Part shown: positions 43,460 to 59,444 of the stretch, one piece after another
Layout: every line of letters starts with the position of its first letter
Numbering within the stretch: the stretch's first letter is position 1
DNA from: the human T2T-CHM13v2.0 reference genome, Homo sapiens
Direction: 5' to 3'
DNA: 64,000 nucleotides
NCBI GenBank assembly: GCA_009914755.4
Contig: CP068257.2
Location: 29,152,001-29,216,000 of the forward strand
The notes under the pieces: model-generated
What the model was told of the DNA's origin: nothing
Seen by the model: only the letters and a program-made list of their open reading frames with translations
The model's database searches: none
Position numbers and translations under genes: made by a program

Positions 43460-44024
43460 TTTTTTTTTTCTTTTATTATTATACTTTAAGTTTTAGGGTA
43501 CATGTGCACATTGTGCAGGTTAGTTACATATGTATACATGTGCCATGCTGGTGCGCTGCACCCACTAACTCGTCATCTAGCATTAGGTATATCTCCCAGT
43601 GCTATCCCTCCCCCTACCCCCCACCCCACAACAGTCCCCAGAGTGTGATATTCCCCTTCCTGTGTCCATGTGATCTCGTTGTTCAATTCCCACCTATGAG
43701 TGAGAATATGCGGTGTTTGGTTTTTTGTTCTTGCGATAGTTTACTGAGAATGATGATTTCTAATTTCATCCATGTCCCTACAAAGGACATGAACTCATCA
43801 TTTTTTATGGCTGCATAGTATTCCATGGTGTATATGTGCCACATTTTCTTAATCCAGTCTATCATTGTTGGACATTTGGGTTGGTTCCAAGTCTTTGCTA
43901 TTGTGAATAGTGCCGCAATAAACATACGTGTGCATGTGTCTTTATAGCAGCATGATTTATAGTCCTTTGGGTATATACCCAGTAATGGGATGGCTGGGTC
44001 AAATGTTACTTCTAGTTCTAGATC
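43460..44024 (-). mobile_element. young L1 (L1PA-like) 3-prime end, 5-prime truncated about 565 bp, minus orientation, perfect 16-bp TSD
   Basis: The reverse complement reads ...gggtatatacccagtaatgggatggctgggtcaaatg...ccatggaatactatgcagccataaaaaatgatgagttcatgtcctttgtagggacatggatgaaattagaaatc...gtaccctaaaacttaaagtataataataaaagaaaaaaaaaa. The track ORF 43683..44036 translates to the L1 ORF2 C-terminus. Flanking gacagggagcattttc at 43444-43459 and 44025-44040 is identical. Confidence 0.95.
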
Positions 44025-44701
44025 GACAGGGAGCATTTTCTAAGTGTAGACAACATACCATTTCAAGTGCTTTTGATGGCAACTATTATTTCAAAGAATA
44101 AACACTTCATTTTTAGTACTAGTTATATGTATAATCAGAGGTGAAGAAAGTGGAGAAAATAAACCCATCTATCAAAAAAGGATAAAAAATAATATGTGAT
44201 TTTAGTAGTTGGCTTCCCTTTATTGATCAAATCTTAGGAACTCTTAAAGATAGAGTTTCATAACTAAGTCTATTTAGTTCCAATTCTTCCAACAACCTGA
44301 GGGGTTCAAATCTCCCCAGAGCTGAGTTCTATAAACAGTAGGAAAGGAGAAATGAACCAAAATGGAATCTTGTCACTAAGGAAAAGAGAAAAGAAAACAT
44401 GTTTTAGCATTCAACAGCTAAGAAATATTCCTGTTTTATAATCAGCTTTGAGAAACGCCAACAATTGCAGTATATCTGGGTTAAATACGGGACATTTCCA
44501 GGGAGTTTTTTAAATTGAAATATCAATATAAAAATAAAAAATGGTTAGGCATCACCCTATCCTGGCTATATAGTCTGAAATCAGAATAAAATTTGGTTAA
44601 AGTCAACCATTACGGGTTTAAACTGATTGATGAATTCAAGAGCATAAAAGAGAAGTGAAATAAATAACCAGGACAAAAATATTTATGCTGAAGGAAATAG
44701 A

Positions 44702-44707
44702 TTTATT
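44702..44707 (-). terminator. KRTAP7-1: candidate polyadenylation signal AATAAA for KRTAP7-1
   Basis: Plus-strand tttatt about 370 nt downstream of the stop on the minus strand. The implied mRNA is about 0.7 kb. Not verified against cDNA. Confidence 0.35.
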
Positions 44708-45077
44708 AAGAGACTGACAGAAAATCCCCTTACTACCCACACCCAATTTGTAATACATTAATGTTGATGTAGAAGCTAATAATACATGAGCAGAGCAACC
44801 ATGGGAGGCAAACTACTTTTTCACTGTTAAAATTCAAGTATGACCAAAAAAATGCATCTTGCTTCCTTTGTCTGTAGATGAGTATCAGTTCAGCACCTGA
44901 GTCCTGGGTGACTTGTCCAACAGCATCAAAGACAAAGACCACAGCAAGAAGTCAGCAAGAAGATGGAAGATGTATCACCCAAGCACATGGGAAGGTAGGA
45001 AGACAGTCATTGCTCTTCAGGTTGTTCTGTGCAGAGAATTAATTGAGAGTCCTGTAGTCACTGGAGCCATTGGTCCA

Positions 45078-45341
45078 TCAGTAGGTGCTGTAGCCAAAGC
45101 CAGAGCCAGAGCCCCATGGCCTATAGAAGCTACCACCATAGCAGCCTCCCAGGTTGTTGCTGTTGCTACCACCAAAGCTGTAGCCCAGGGGGCTGTAGCC
45201 ATTGCATCCACAGCCATAGTTCAGGGGAGAGCCCAGAGGCACAACACAGTTCAAGGGGGTGGCTCTGAAGGTCCCGTGGAAGTTGGTCCCATAGATAGGG
45301 TATCCTGGGAAGTAGCTTCCACAGCAGAAGTAACGAGTCAT
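45078..45341 (-). CDS. KRTAP7-1: keratin-associated protein 7-1 (high glycine-tyrosine KAP), intronless, 87 aa
   Basis: Minus-strand ORF. ATG at 45339-45341 in a Kozak-like context (gccaccATGa), TGA at 45078-45080. Translation is [87 protein letters not shown], which matches recalled human KRTAP7-1 apart from two polymorphic positions. KRTAP8-1 lies 16.5 kb away on the same strand, as in the 21q22.11 KAP cluster. Confidence 0.92.
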   Translation of the reverse strand: MTRYFCCGSYFPGYPIYGTNFHGTFRATPLNCVVPLGSPLNYGCGCNGYSPLGYSFGGSNSNNLGGCYGGSFYRPWGSGSGFGYSTY

Positions 45342-45424
45342 GGTGGCAGCAATTGAGAAGGATTTAGATGGATTGTGAAGGGTAAGTTACCCAAGTGTTA
45401 ATGAAGGTCTCTTCCCGTACAGGG

Positions 45425-45433
45425 CTTTTAATA
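45425..45433 (-). promoter_or_regulatory. KRTAP7-1: TATA-like box (TATTAAAAG on minus strand) of KRTAP7-1
   Basis: Plus-strand cttttaata, read as TATTAAAAG on the minus strand. It lies about 85 nt upstream of the ATG, in the same geometry as the KRTAP8-1 promoter. Confidence 0.6.
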
Positions 45434-48339
45434 CCTCAAGCTGGTGGGCACAACACATCTGTCTAAACATCTTCCCACTAATTTGCATAGGTAATCTCAT
45501 TCTTTTCTAATAAAATGCTTATAAGGAATGCACAGACTCATTGCCCACATTTTTGTTGGCTTTTCTCTGTACTATTTTAAAGCCAGTGACCATGCTTGAC
45601 ACGCAATCGAATTCTTTTCATCAGAGTCCCATGGTTTAACTACTGTTCTTGATTGCATCATGTGAGACTCTTTAAATCCTCTGATTATAAACTCTTCCCA
45701 ACTGACATAGCTAAACTAAAAAAGCTTTGGCAAGAATGCAAACACTTCAAGCCAAGACAAAGCCATATATTGAGGTCTTTTGAACATTATTTTGAAACAT
45801 CAAACTGAAATTCTATAACCTCTTGAAATTCACCCATGTGCCCTTTTAAAACAATTGTATACCAACTAGTTAATGGGTACAGAGTTTCCTTTTGGAGTGA
45901 AGAAAATCATTTGGAACTAGACAATGTTGCAAAACATTTGGAATGTACTAAATATCACTGAATTGTTACCTTTAAAATGCCTTGGTTTGTGTTATACAAA
46001 TTTTAACTCAAAATGTATTTTTTATTTTAAAAAGCACTGCTACACAAATCTATCCAACCAGGTGTTTTTACAGAGGCTGCAATGGTGCCAAATAATAAGT
46101 TGGCTGTGAATAACCTGCAAGTAATTTTCATCAATTTCATTTATGAGCATTCTGTTTGTTAATACATATTTTATTTTTTCATGGAGAACATACCATGTTT
46201 GCTTGTAAATCATCTTGAACATTGCCAAACTGTCTTTCTGGAGTTGCCACACTGGCGCTGAGTGGGATGATGCTCAATTTCAGAGTCATGTTATACCACA
46301 CTTGCTTCTTACTGACTCCTATAAAACAAGCCTGAATGCCATGATCCATTATGAAATACCAGTTATATTTAAGGATGCAACACTTCCTTCTGCTCTTATT
46401 TTGCCTTACATAACCAATTCTCATGAAGAACGTAAACCAGGAAGGATCTGAGCTCAGCAAAGCTAAGTCTATTCCAATTCAAAGGTTTACGACATCATCT
46501 TTTTATATGTGAATCAAAGTCAGAATTCTCTGAAAGTAGAAGAAAAAACTTCCTGAATACCAATTCCTTTTTTTATTTCCATCTTAACAGACAATCATAG
46601 AGTCCAATATGCAAAACTAATCATTCCTCTCAGACATCCCTCTCTCTTTAAGATTCTATCTCTCTCAGTTTCTCTGACAGAGAGCTGCCTAAAGAATGTT
46701 CTATAAGTGGATATGATTTCTTTTATTCTACAAATTAATTAAATGTCATAAGAGTATATAGAGAAAGTTAAAGAAAAATAAGTTATAATTTCAAATTCAG
46801 TTTAACAAAAAGAATGAATTAAAATGGTAAGAGGTTGTGTCCTCAGGGTTTAAATTATATAAACTCTGTATCAGATAATCCAGAAAACTCAAAAATACGT
46901 TTGTGATTAGGAGAGGGCAGGGGTGACTAAGAATTACGCGTGACTTGAAAAATTTCACTACTGATTCTATCACACAATGACATTGGAACCTGTAATTTGT
47001 ACATGCTGCCACCAGGTGGCAGTGGTATTTCAGTTACTCCGTATAAACCACAGGACTGGATTTAGGGTTCTCAAATGTAAGCAGGTAGAAGAATCTTCTA
47101 AAGAATTCGCTTGAAATTCAGAATTCCAGGAGCTCTCCTCTCCCACCACCACCTGAGATTCTGGAAATCTCTATTTGTAATGGGTATCTCAGGTAATTCT
47201 GATGAATAAATCATCCTGATAAATTCCAGGGCTGGTTTGTCATGAGAATTCAAAAAAGCTTTTGCTGGGCTGTGTGAAATTGCCCAGAGATGCTTATCTC
47301 TCATTGGCAGGAGTGTTTGGTTTCAGTCGCTGGTGACTTATTTCCCTTAACTCTGGATGATAGAGGTAATTAAAGAAAAAGCTTTAGTTTGTCCTCTTCC
47401 ATTTCTTGATGCTCTCTGCTTCTTGTCTCAGGACACACCTGATTAGAAAGGGAAGGTAACAGCAATGTGTTCAAGTGTCTCCTCAGAGGTAAAACCCACC
47501 TATGTGACTGCTGGTTTTGTTACCCATAATCAAAAGAAAAACTTATATTTTCTCCTTAGCTTGTTTTCACTTTCCTATCTCTTACTAGACATACCCAGAG
47601 AAAATTATCAGCCAAGTACTCGATTGCTATTCAATGATTTTTAAGATTGATAATAACAAAAAATATCATTGAGGACTTACTCTGTGCTAGACTCTGTTCT
47701 AAAGAATTTGCACATACTACTTAATTATATATTTTACCTCTATATATAGTAAGAAGGCTTACTATGCACTATTCCAAGCATTTGACAAGTGTTAATTCAT
47801 TTAATTTTTATAATGATCTTATGATGTGGGTATTATGATTCTTTATAAGAAAACCGAGTCCAGAGGGTTTAAGAGAATTACTGAAGGTCACATGGTTAAT
47901 AGTCAGCAGAATCAATCTCCAAACCCATGCCATCTACCTCCAAGCCATGCTCTTAACTACTTTACTATCCTGCTTTTGATATGTCATTAAGGCTTTAAAG
48001 GGATATAGCTTCTACATGCCTCAAATCTATAATTCATTGCATTATTTTTTGAAGAACACATCGATCTAGCTTTTGCTGCTAAAAACTAGAAAACAAAAAA
48101 ACAAAGGCTAGTTTTTGCTGCTATAACAGACAGACATCCAAAATTTCCATGTTCAGAAATGTATTGCCTGCTCACACTATGAATTCCTCTCACATTGGTG
48201 ACTGTCTTGGATACACATCATTTTCACTCAAAAGACTCAAGCTGACAGTGCTTTGATTATCTGAAATATGACAAACAGGGGAAAATGAATGGGGCAAGCC
48301 ATGGTAGCTTTTAAAGGCTCTCCTCAAGTGTTATACACC

Positions 48340-48480
48340 ATTTCCACACTCTCCTCATTTCCTAAAGTAAGTTCCACAGCCACATCTAACTTCACAGGTC
48401 ACGAAGAGCAATGCTACTATGTGCCTGGAGGGCGAAAGCCTACAATGTCACCGAACAACATTAATGACTTCCACTGAATT
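48340..48480 (-). pseudogene. possible KRTAP7/8-like remnant (weak)
   Basis: Minus-strand gtgaagttagatgtggctgtggaacttac aligns to KRTAP7-1 ctgaactatggctgtggatgcaatggctac. Upstream, gtggaagtcat aligns to gtggaagctac of the KRTAP7-1 N-terminus. No intact frame. The similarity is short and could be chance in G/T-rich sequence. Confidence 0.25.
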
Positions 48481-49784
48481 TCTATTCCTTACATGGGCTA
48501 AAATAATTTTAACAGATTTTAACACATATTTCAAAAGATTAGATGAGGGCAGACATAAAAAGTTTTTTAGAACTTTACATATCATAATGTAAAATGGTCC
48601 TGATAATTCTAATCCTGAACAATTTTAAATATAGAGGTTTTATAAGTTGTTTGTGCAATTCATGTAATATTAGTCAGCCTTTGGTTGTAGATTAGCATGT
48701 AGCTTTAATTCCTTTTCTTTGTTTTCTTTTCTCCATTTCCCCCTAATCACTATGTACTCTAATTGAGGGAAAAGTTGCCATAAATATTAGTTTTACAAAG
48801 AAAATCCCTCAATGCCAATTGATTTGGTGGGGGGAGAGATTAGTTCTAACACCAGATTTTATTTGATTTATTTGAATGCATGTATTTTCTTTAAAGAAAA
48901 GAGAAAATGAATTGACACATAGTATTTACAAGGAAAAAAATAAGCAATAAGGAGCCTACATGACATATTCACTTGGAAATTTGAGAACTTTTATCAGGCA
49001 AGGATCAGACCCCACTCATAGCCTCCCAGCCTCTCCCACCTCTTATGCAGCTGCCCCTATAGGAATCATCTTGGTGTAGGTTCCAACTCACCTCAAGCTG
49101 GTACAACATGATGGAGCTTTACATCAGTCCCCTCACCAGATATCTGTCATCCCCCACCTGGGGACTTCACCTTTAATAGCTAGGATAGAGACTGGGGAGC
49201 CTATCTAGGGCCCATGCTTGCAAAACCTGAAGTGTAGGGCAGTTAATGCCCTGTGGAGCAAAACTTCGACCAAAAAGAAATGGAAGTGTGGATATATTCT
49301 CCCCTTTTCTCCATGGACAGACTTGCCTGAGACAGTCCTAAGAGGGTTAGGCAGCTTCTTGGGGAATAGTGTCATGGAATCCAGCACATAATTGCTTAGC
49401 TATGGTCAACTGGATGAGGCATCTTCATTTGAGCACTCCACCTTCCCTGCTTCACTTCCCTTACCCTTCGCTCCTTCTCCTGAAGAAAGCAATAGTACAT
49501 GAGCCCTTCACCTGAAACTCTGCTTTCTAGAAAACTCAGAACAGAATACCACATCAAACCATCTTTGGAATAGCACCTTTACTGAGATGTAATTCACATA
49601 TGATAAAATTCACCCAAAAGTGTACAAAAAGTATACAGTGGGTTTTAGTGTATTTATAGAGTCCATCACCACTAACCAATTTCAGAACATTTTCTTTACC
49701 CCAAAAAGAAACTCCATAACCACTAAAAGTCACTCCCAATTTACAACAACTAAACTAAGTTCTCATTCATAAGACTTAAGCTGA

Positions 49785-50227
<443 letters not shown>

Positions 50228-51162
50228 TAAGTTCTGTCTCTGTGGGTTTTCCTATTCTGGACACCTCACATAAATTGAATCACACAGTATGTGGCCTTTT
50301 GTGTATGATTTCTTTCTCTTAGCCCAATATTTTCAATATTCATCCATGTCATCACACATATCAGTATTCTTTATTGTCAAATAGCATTCCATTGTATGAA
50401 TATACCACACTTCGCTTATCTATTCATCAGTTAACAGGTTTTTACATTGTTTCCAATTTTGGCTGTTATAAATATACTGCTATGAATATTCATGTACAAA
50501 TAATTTTTAACATGTCAAAACTTAAGCTCTTAATTTTCTCCTAGACACTCACTTCTTCTCCAGCCTTTCTCATCTCAGTAAATAACACTACCACCAAACT
50601 GCTTAGAACACAAACTAAATTTCTTTCTTAATGATAATTCCTTCAACCCCTCTGTCCCCAGGTCCAGTCAGCTTTGCCTCCAAAACATAGCTCAAATCCA
50701 TCACACTTCTTCACTCTCTCTGCTGTCACCTCATCACACCATCATCTCTGCCCTGAGCCACTGCCAGAGCCTCCTCATTGGCTTCCCTCGTCCCACTCTC
50801 CTTCCACTCTACAGGGTTATTCCTAAATACCAGCTACTGTGGCCTTTAAAAAATAAAGTGTGTTTTCTCCTAGTTCAAAAGCCTCCAGTAACTTTCTAAT
50901 GTTCTTAAGAAAACAAAAATTCAAACCTCTGACCATGATCTTGCTCCTGTGTAATTGTCAAATTTCACCACATCCCATTCTTCTTCCCTTCCTATAAAAC
51001 AGTGAAGAAGATCTCCTTCCACACTGCCTGTCTTCTGCACTGGAACTCCCTGAAGGTAGGCACCTCTTCTGTCTTGTTCACCATTGTATCTCCAGCATCT
51101 TGTATAGTATCTGACTACTACGTAATTGGGACTCAATAAATATCTATCAATCTGTTGAATAT

Positions 51163-51216
51163 ATGAATGAATGAATGAATGAATGAATGAATGAATGAAT
51201 GAATGAAATGAATGAA
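51163..51216. repeat. (GAAT)n / (ATGA)n tetranucleotide microsatellite, about 12 units
   Basis: atgaatgaatgaatgaatgaatgaatgaatgaatgaatgaatgaaatgaatgaa. Confidence 0.95.
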
Positions 51217-51495
51217 TCTTGTGAAGATGATACCAGTACGGAGAAATATGACAGAATTCCAAATACCCTCCTGATGGCAAGATGGAGATCTGATATCTCC
51301 TTGCCCCCAACCAGTCCAGCTCTGTGTTGACATCCTCCCTGGCCTCCCTGACTGTGTAACACTAGTTATTGGACTCTATGTAGACCAAGGATAAACCCAT
51401 AGTAGGCACTGACTCTCCTGGATTCAGGAGGTAGGGTTGTCTTTGGCTTTCTAGAAATGTGTGTTTTGATGGGACAGATAAAAGACAGAACTCAT

Positions 51496-51627
51496 GGCTG
51501 GGCGCGGTGGCTCACGCCTGTAATCCTAGCACTTCGGGAGGCTGAGGTGGGTGGATTGTGGCCAGGAGTTCGAGATCAGCCTGGCCAACAGGGTGAAACC
51601 CCATGCCTATTAAAAATACAAAAATTA
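51496..51627 (+). mobile_element. Alu left-monomer fragment (truncated, FLAM-like)
   Basis: ggctgggcgcggtggctcacgcctgtaatcctagcacttcgggaggctgaggtggg...gggtgaaaccccatgcctattaaaaatacaaaaatta, after which the Alu similarity ends. Confidence 0.8.
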
Positions 51628-52798
51628 TTGTTAAGGTGTGCCATGAAGGACAGGTGTGATTTCAACAGGTGGAGGAGAAAAAGGATATTTATAAAGAAGG
51701 AACACCAAAGGCAAAGACAGAGCAGAAGTGTCTGGGTTCATTTGGGATTGGTGAGCTAACCTATATAAATTAAGGACAGAGCATGTGTAAGAAAGTTAAG
51801 GAGAACTTTCTGGCAAATGAGTGTCAGAGTTAAGGAAAGGATGGATGGATGTGCAGTACATGTGCAGGACATAGATAAAGAGCAGCTACTAAAATACTTA
51901 ATTGAGGAGATGATGCGATGAGAACTAGCTCAATGTGAATAATGTATTCTAAAGGAAAGCTATGAAGAAAGGGCCATCTCTTAATATTCCATTCTAATCA
52001 TCAATTCAAGAAATAATTGAGAATCTGAGTTAAGTTGGGGGCAATAAAAATGGGAAAAAAAGAAAACAGATTTGAGTGAAACTGGGGAAGAAGAATGTAC
52101 AGAACTTGTTTAGCAATGAAAGGGATGGCAGCTATGAAGAAAAAACATAAATCCAAAGAATCACTCCCAATACCTGGATGAAAGGTGCTTCTAGTAATGA
52201 CAATAGAGGAGTTAAGAGAAGGATTTTAATGGTGAGGGCTCTCTTATGCCAATAGGTTGTAATTAAACATTTGGAAATATAGAAAAACAGCTTAGAAGAA
52301 AATAAGCTAAATATCATAATCAGAGCTTCATCTTCCTAGAGGTGATACTTCAAGGAATGTTAGACAGATAGAGAAGACCCACCAGAAAAAACAAAAGGCT
52401 GAGAACAGAACATTGGGGATGCCTAGTTTTAGAGGGATGAGAAGCAAGAGAAGTCAGAGGACTCAGAATCAGAGAGTCAAGGTGTTGGAGCTCATGGAAG
52501 CCACAGGATGTGGGGATTTTCAAGGCAGAATAGTCAACAATGCCTAATGCCACAATAGAGCTGGGGAGAAGGGGGATCAAGAATACTTCGCTGAATTTGG
52601 CAAGAATTTTTTACTGATTATCTTTGAAGGAGAAAAAGGAATAAGGGAAAATCTGTATTGCAAGTGATTAAGAATTGCAGCACCAACACAAAAGTAATAA
52701 ATGTAGACTCCACAGACGCTTAAGAGAAGAAAGAAAAACTATGAGAAAATATAGCTCAAAGAGCATACAAATCAGGGTGGAGTTTTCTGTTATTTGGG

Positions 52799-53115
<317 letters not shown>

Positions 53116-53149
53116 CTATTTGAGTATTTTAATACTAAAAGAAATTCTG

Positions 53150-53290
53150 AATGTTGGAGCTGGAGTAAATACCAGTTTAAACTCCCTCTTCATTTTATAC
53201 ATGAGGAAAGTGAGATTCGGAAAAGAAAGTGAGCTGTCCAATACTGCATCATCAGTGTTGATTTGAGCCTAAAATCAAAATGTGAAGTTC
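53150..53290. mobile_element. MIR fragment
   Basis: ctccctcttcattttatacatgaggaaagtgagattcggaaaagaaagtgagctgtccaa matches the MIR core. Confidence 0.45.
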
Positions 53291-53940
53291 TTGTCCATTA
53301 CAGGTTTGAATCCAACCAACTACTCAACAACAACAACAAAATGTATTCCTTGTCTGCACCTGATATCCTATGGTTGGCAGACTCAAAGGCAACCCCCACG
53401 ATCCCTGCAACATAGTGTCCACACCCTTGAGAAATGCCCTCTTGTGAACATGTGTGGAGCCAGTGACTTGCTTCTAATGAACAGAATATGGTGAAGGTGG
53501 CAAGATGTCACCTCTGTGATGACATTATGTAGACTGTAGTGTCTGTCTTGACAAAAGACTCTCTCTCTTGCTCATTTGGTAAAGTAGCCATGCTGCCAAG
53601 ATCCCAAGACCAGGAACTGGAGGAAGCAGCCAGCCAACAGCCAATTAAAAAACAAAACAAAACAAAAAGCAAAAAACCTGAGGTTCTCAGTCCAACAGGC
53701 TATTCCACCAACAATATAAATATGGAAGTGAATCTTTCCCCACTCAAGCCTTGAAGTGAGACTGCAAGCCCAATAGACACTCTGTTTGCAGCCTTCAAAG
53801 AAAACTATGCAGCAGAGAACCCAGAGAAGCTGTGCCCAGAATCTTGACTCCTAAAAATCCTGAAATAATCAGTGGATGCTGTTTTAAACTACTAAGTTTG
53901 CGGTAATATTGTTACACAATAGAAAAGTAACACAACATGC
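53290..53940 (+). mobile_element. LTR-like interspersed repeat (same family as 5175..5565, diverged or longer subfamily)
   Basis: It ends ...gaatcttgactcctaaaaatcctgaaataatcagtggatgctgttttaaactactaagtttgcggtaatattgttacacaatagaaaag, which parallels ...cttggacttcccagcctccagaa...tgttgtttaagccacc...tttgttacggtagcc. Confidence 0.4.
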
Positions 53941-55604
53941 ACGTGTGCATACAGTGCAGACCCAACCTGTCACTGATACAATTGGCTCCAAACTTTATCG
54001 CAAATCCATTCACATTTCTTTATCTCCATGGTCACCAGCCACCAAAGGAAGTAGCTCTTGGCTCCCTACACTTTCTGCTTCAACCTTGAGGTGAATTTCT
54101 CATCTGCACACTGCCAGGCACAAGAAAGAAGGAGCACAAGCCAGCTCACCCAGCCCCTCCTGAGAAGCTGTCCTCACCACTGCACCAGGCTATCAAAGTC
54201 TCCCGCACCTGCCCCAGCAGATCTGCGCATGCCCAATCCTGTGTGCTTTCTGTCCTTACGGAATTTCATATTTCTGCTGCCTTCTGACGGCAATCTTTTG
54301 TTCCAGGATTGTTACAATTTATTCCTTTTAAAGAAATTATCTTTTCTATCATTTCTAGGTCTGTGGCGAGAGAGTAGAAGGCAGACTCCTGTGTTCGGTC
54401 TGTCATTTTGATACAATAGTCTTTCCAGGGTAATTGTCATGATGTCATGCTGTCTCAAAAAAAAATCCATTTACAGACATTTTTTACTGTAACTAAAGTC
54501 TAACAGGGATTTTTTACAATGGTTCTTGTAAGTACTATGCAGCCACTACAAATTATATGTATAAGGAATGTTTAATGGTGTTGCCAAATGCTCATACTGT
54601 AATGACGTTATAAGACAGTATAGAAAGTATATTGAAGTTTCATCCTCCTTGAGGTGAAATGTTAAGCCATGTGAATGAATGATGTACACAAGAAAACAGA
54701 AGAGGGCTGAGAACAGACCTCAGGAAATCTCCAGGAGACTGAGACAGACAAAGAATTAGAGAGAGAGAAAGCTGTAGACAGAGAGAGACAGGCACTAAAC
54801 AAGACTGCGGAAGTCCTGGAAGGCTTCCTAGAGTCGGACCCAGGTGAGCTGATTCTGAAAGGTAAGTAGGAAGGATCCAATAGAAGTGATCAGAGAAATA
54901 ATGGACCAAGGAATGAAGGGAGTAAAAGGAAGAAAATGAGAAAAGCATTTAGACTTGGAGACACTGATGTCACAGAGCCCGGCACACAGCAGAACTCAAT
55001 AAGCATTTTTAATACATTAATAAACTGGTGCTAATTGACTTATTAACAAAATCAAAAAAGTGGCTCAAATAAAATCAACATTGTAGCATTTTTATAGCAG
55101 CCAAACCTGCAATGCGAACCCTGAACTCTTTGAGGAGCCTGGTCCTGCAGCCTAAGCTGGACTCTCTGCTGCCCTCTTGTAGACAGACACCATCACCGCA
55201 GCGCTCGCAGCAGTCAATGAGTCACTTGTATGAGTCTTCTAACTTTGAAGCTACCCGTGCTCTCCATCTCAATATCTTCACAGGGTGAATACAGACTGAG
55301 GCCAACAGAAAGATACCAGGAAATGGTAGCTCTCAAAAAGCATTATTAAATACATTTAACTCAGCTATGTTTCTGAGGCCCTATCCACCTGTCAGAGTAA
55401 AGGTTGTCCAGAATAATTATCCTGATGATGCTTTTTGCTACACCTTCTCTCTAAATTGCTCCATTCCTTGGTTTTATCACTGAGAAACATGGCATGAGCT
55501 TTAGGCAGGAACTGAGAGATGTCTCTTGGTTCAGTCTAGTCCAAGAATATGTTTTCCCAATTTTCCAAAAATTGGGGGAAAAAACTGATTTTTTTTAATT
55601 CTTA

Positions 55605-56700
<1,096 letters not shown>

Positions 56701-56707
56701 TTTAAGA

Positions 56708-57861
<1,154 letters not shown>

Positions 57862-59199
57862 AAAAAACAAACGAACAAAAAAAAAAAAACCAAAAAAAAA
57901 AATCTTTTTTAAAACCCAGGTTATCGGAGCTCATAAATGTGATAAAACAGCAGGCCCTGGATCACCCTACAGTGATTGGTCTTGCAATTCTATGCATTCT
58001 TTCATATATGAATCCATAGAACACTCTTGTCCGTGCACAACAGCTATAGAGAAAAATCAGAACTTTTTCTACACTCGGCTAGATGCTCTCTGTAAAATTA
58101 AAGTTTGAGAGTCAGAAAAATTTGAAGCAAGCTTCAAAACTACCAGTGAACAAATACTTAACTACAGAATTATCAAAAGATATTTTTTAAGTTCTAGTTT
58201 TATAATTCAAGAAAAAAATCATTAAATGTATTTAATCATGCAGTCAAAACTGTATATTCTAAATTTTAAAAACTAAATCAAAAGAAAAAGGCAATCTGAA
58301 AACAGAAAACAATGTGAAACAAATGAATCTAACTAAATGTCAAGTCAGTAGCACAACTCAGAATTATTTCAAGTGACTCTGAATCACAGAATGTTGGTTG
58401 GGCACACCTAGAGGTAAAATACCCTCAGATGAAAAGAAATATTTAAAAACCTTCAATTGTATTCAGTAATCTTATTGTTCACAATGACATGTTTTATTAT
58501 TTTGAACTGCCATAGGTAATTATAAGACAATGTAAATGAAAAACTAAGATTTTCAGCTTAAGAGGAAAAAAAGAAGTTTAAAAATCAAAGAAGTAAATGT
58601 GAATTTGAAATATCAGAAAAGATTCACTATTTATGTTTCTCTTTCAAAAAAATACAGATCCCCTGGCTCTGTTTATTAAAACTGTCTGTAATGACAACTC
58701 AGTAGCAATGTGGACTCAGCATCAAGACTATGTGCTCTTAATGTCAATTTATATCAATAGGAAAGAGCTCCTTAGGAAAATTACTACTTCCAGGTCTGGA
58801 GGAAGAAATGCATGAAATGAGCTTGAACCACCTGTGCCTGAAAGCACATGAGCTGTCAAAGACACCTGAAGTCACAGCAAAAGGACAGAAGGCAACCTGA
58901 GAGTATTCCTACTGGCCAAAGTTGGCATAACATAAGCACAAAAATAAAAATTACTACAATGGGTTGAGAAAAAGATTTGTTTTAATTCCATGAATTGTTA
59001 ATGATACACAAATAAGTGAACTGGTAACATTTGGAGGTTTTATAATAAAATTTAATAAAAATAATACAACTACCTATCATTGTATTTATTTCAAGAGCCA
59101 TTGACTTCTGAGAGTCCCATCTCTTCTCTTTTTTTTCCCTAAGTATTGACACTTCACACAAATATTTACTAGCTTCTCATCATCCATAAAATAATACTG

Positions 59200-59275
59200 C
59201 ATTGGTGCAAAAGTTATTGCAGCTTTTGTCATTGAAAGTAATGGCAAAAAACCACAATAACTTTTGCACCAATCT
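59200..59275. mobile_element. MADE1 (mariner-derived MITE)
   Basis: attggtgcaaaagttattgcagcttttgtcattgaaagtaatggcaaaaaaccacaataacttttgcaccaatct. Confidence 0.85.
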
Positions 59276-59444
59276 TAACAGATGAAAATTACATAATTCC
59301 ACATTTTTATGCTGTACACAGGATTTGAGTCTGAATGAAATAAGTACTTGTATCATGTCTCAAACTAAATATGTAACTTCTATGAAAACATTTAGACCAT
59401 GACAAATATTAATGAAGAGCATGTATTAAGCAAAATTAAATAGA

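Noticed and set aside
43381-44036. 145-aa (plus) and 117-aa (minus) ORFs
   Set aside because: The minus ORF is the L1 ORF2 C-terminus of the young truncated L1. The plus ORF is its antisense plus flanking read-through.
44913-45356. 147-aa ORF on the plus strand, the longest non-transposon ORF in the window
   Set aside because: It is the exact antisense of KRTAP7-1. The reverse complements of GGC/TAT/GGN-rich codons (GCC, ATA, NCC) are stop-poor, so a long A/V/T/S-rich antisense ORF is expected by composition alone. It has no independent start context and resembles no known protein.
45381-45391. gggtaagttac on the plus strand looks like a consensus splice donor (GTAAGT)
   Set aside because: It is on the strand opposite KRTAP7-1 and within its 5-prime UTR or promoter. 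There is no evidence of a plus-strand transcript, and KRTAP genes are intronless. Chance match.
50921-51362. Cluster of three overlapping minus-strand ORFs (129, 66 and 71 aa) with repeated HSFIHSFIHSFI motifs
   Set aside because: The repeated peptide motif is simply the translation of the (TGAA)n/(ATTC)n microsatellite at 51163-51216. The ORFs overlap one another in different frames. Not coding.
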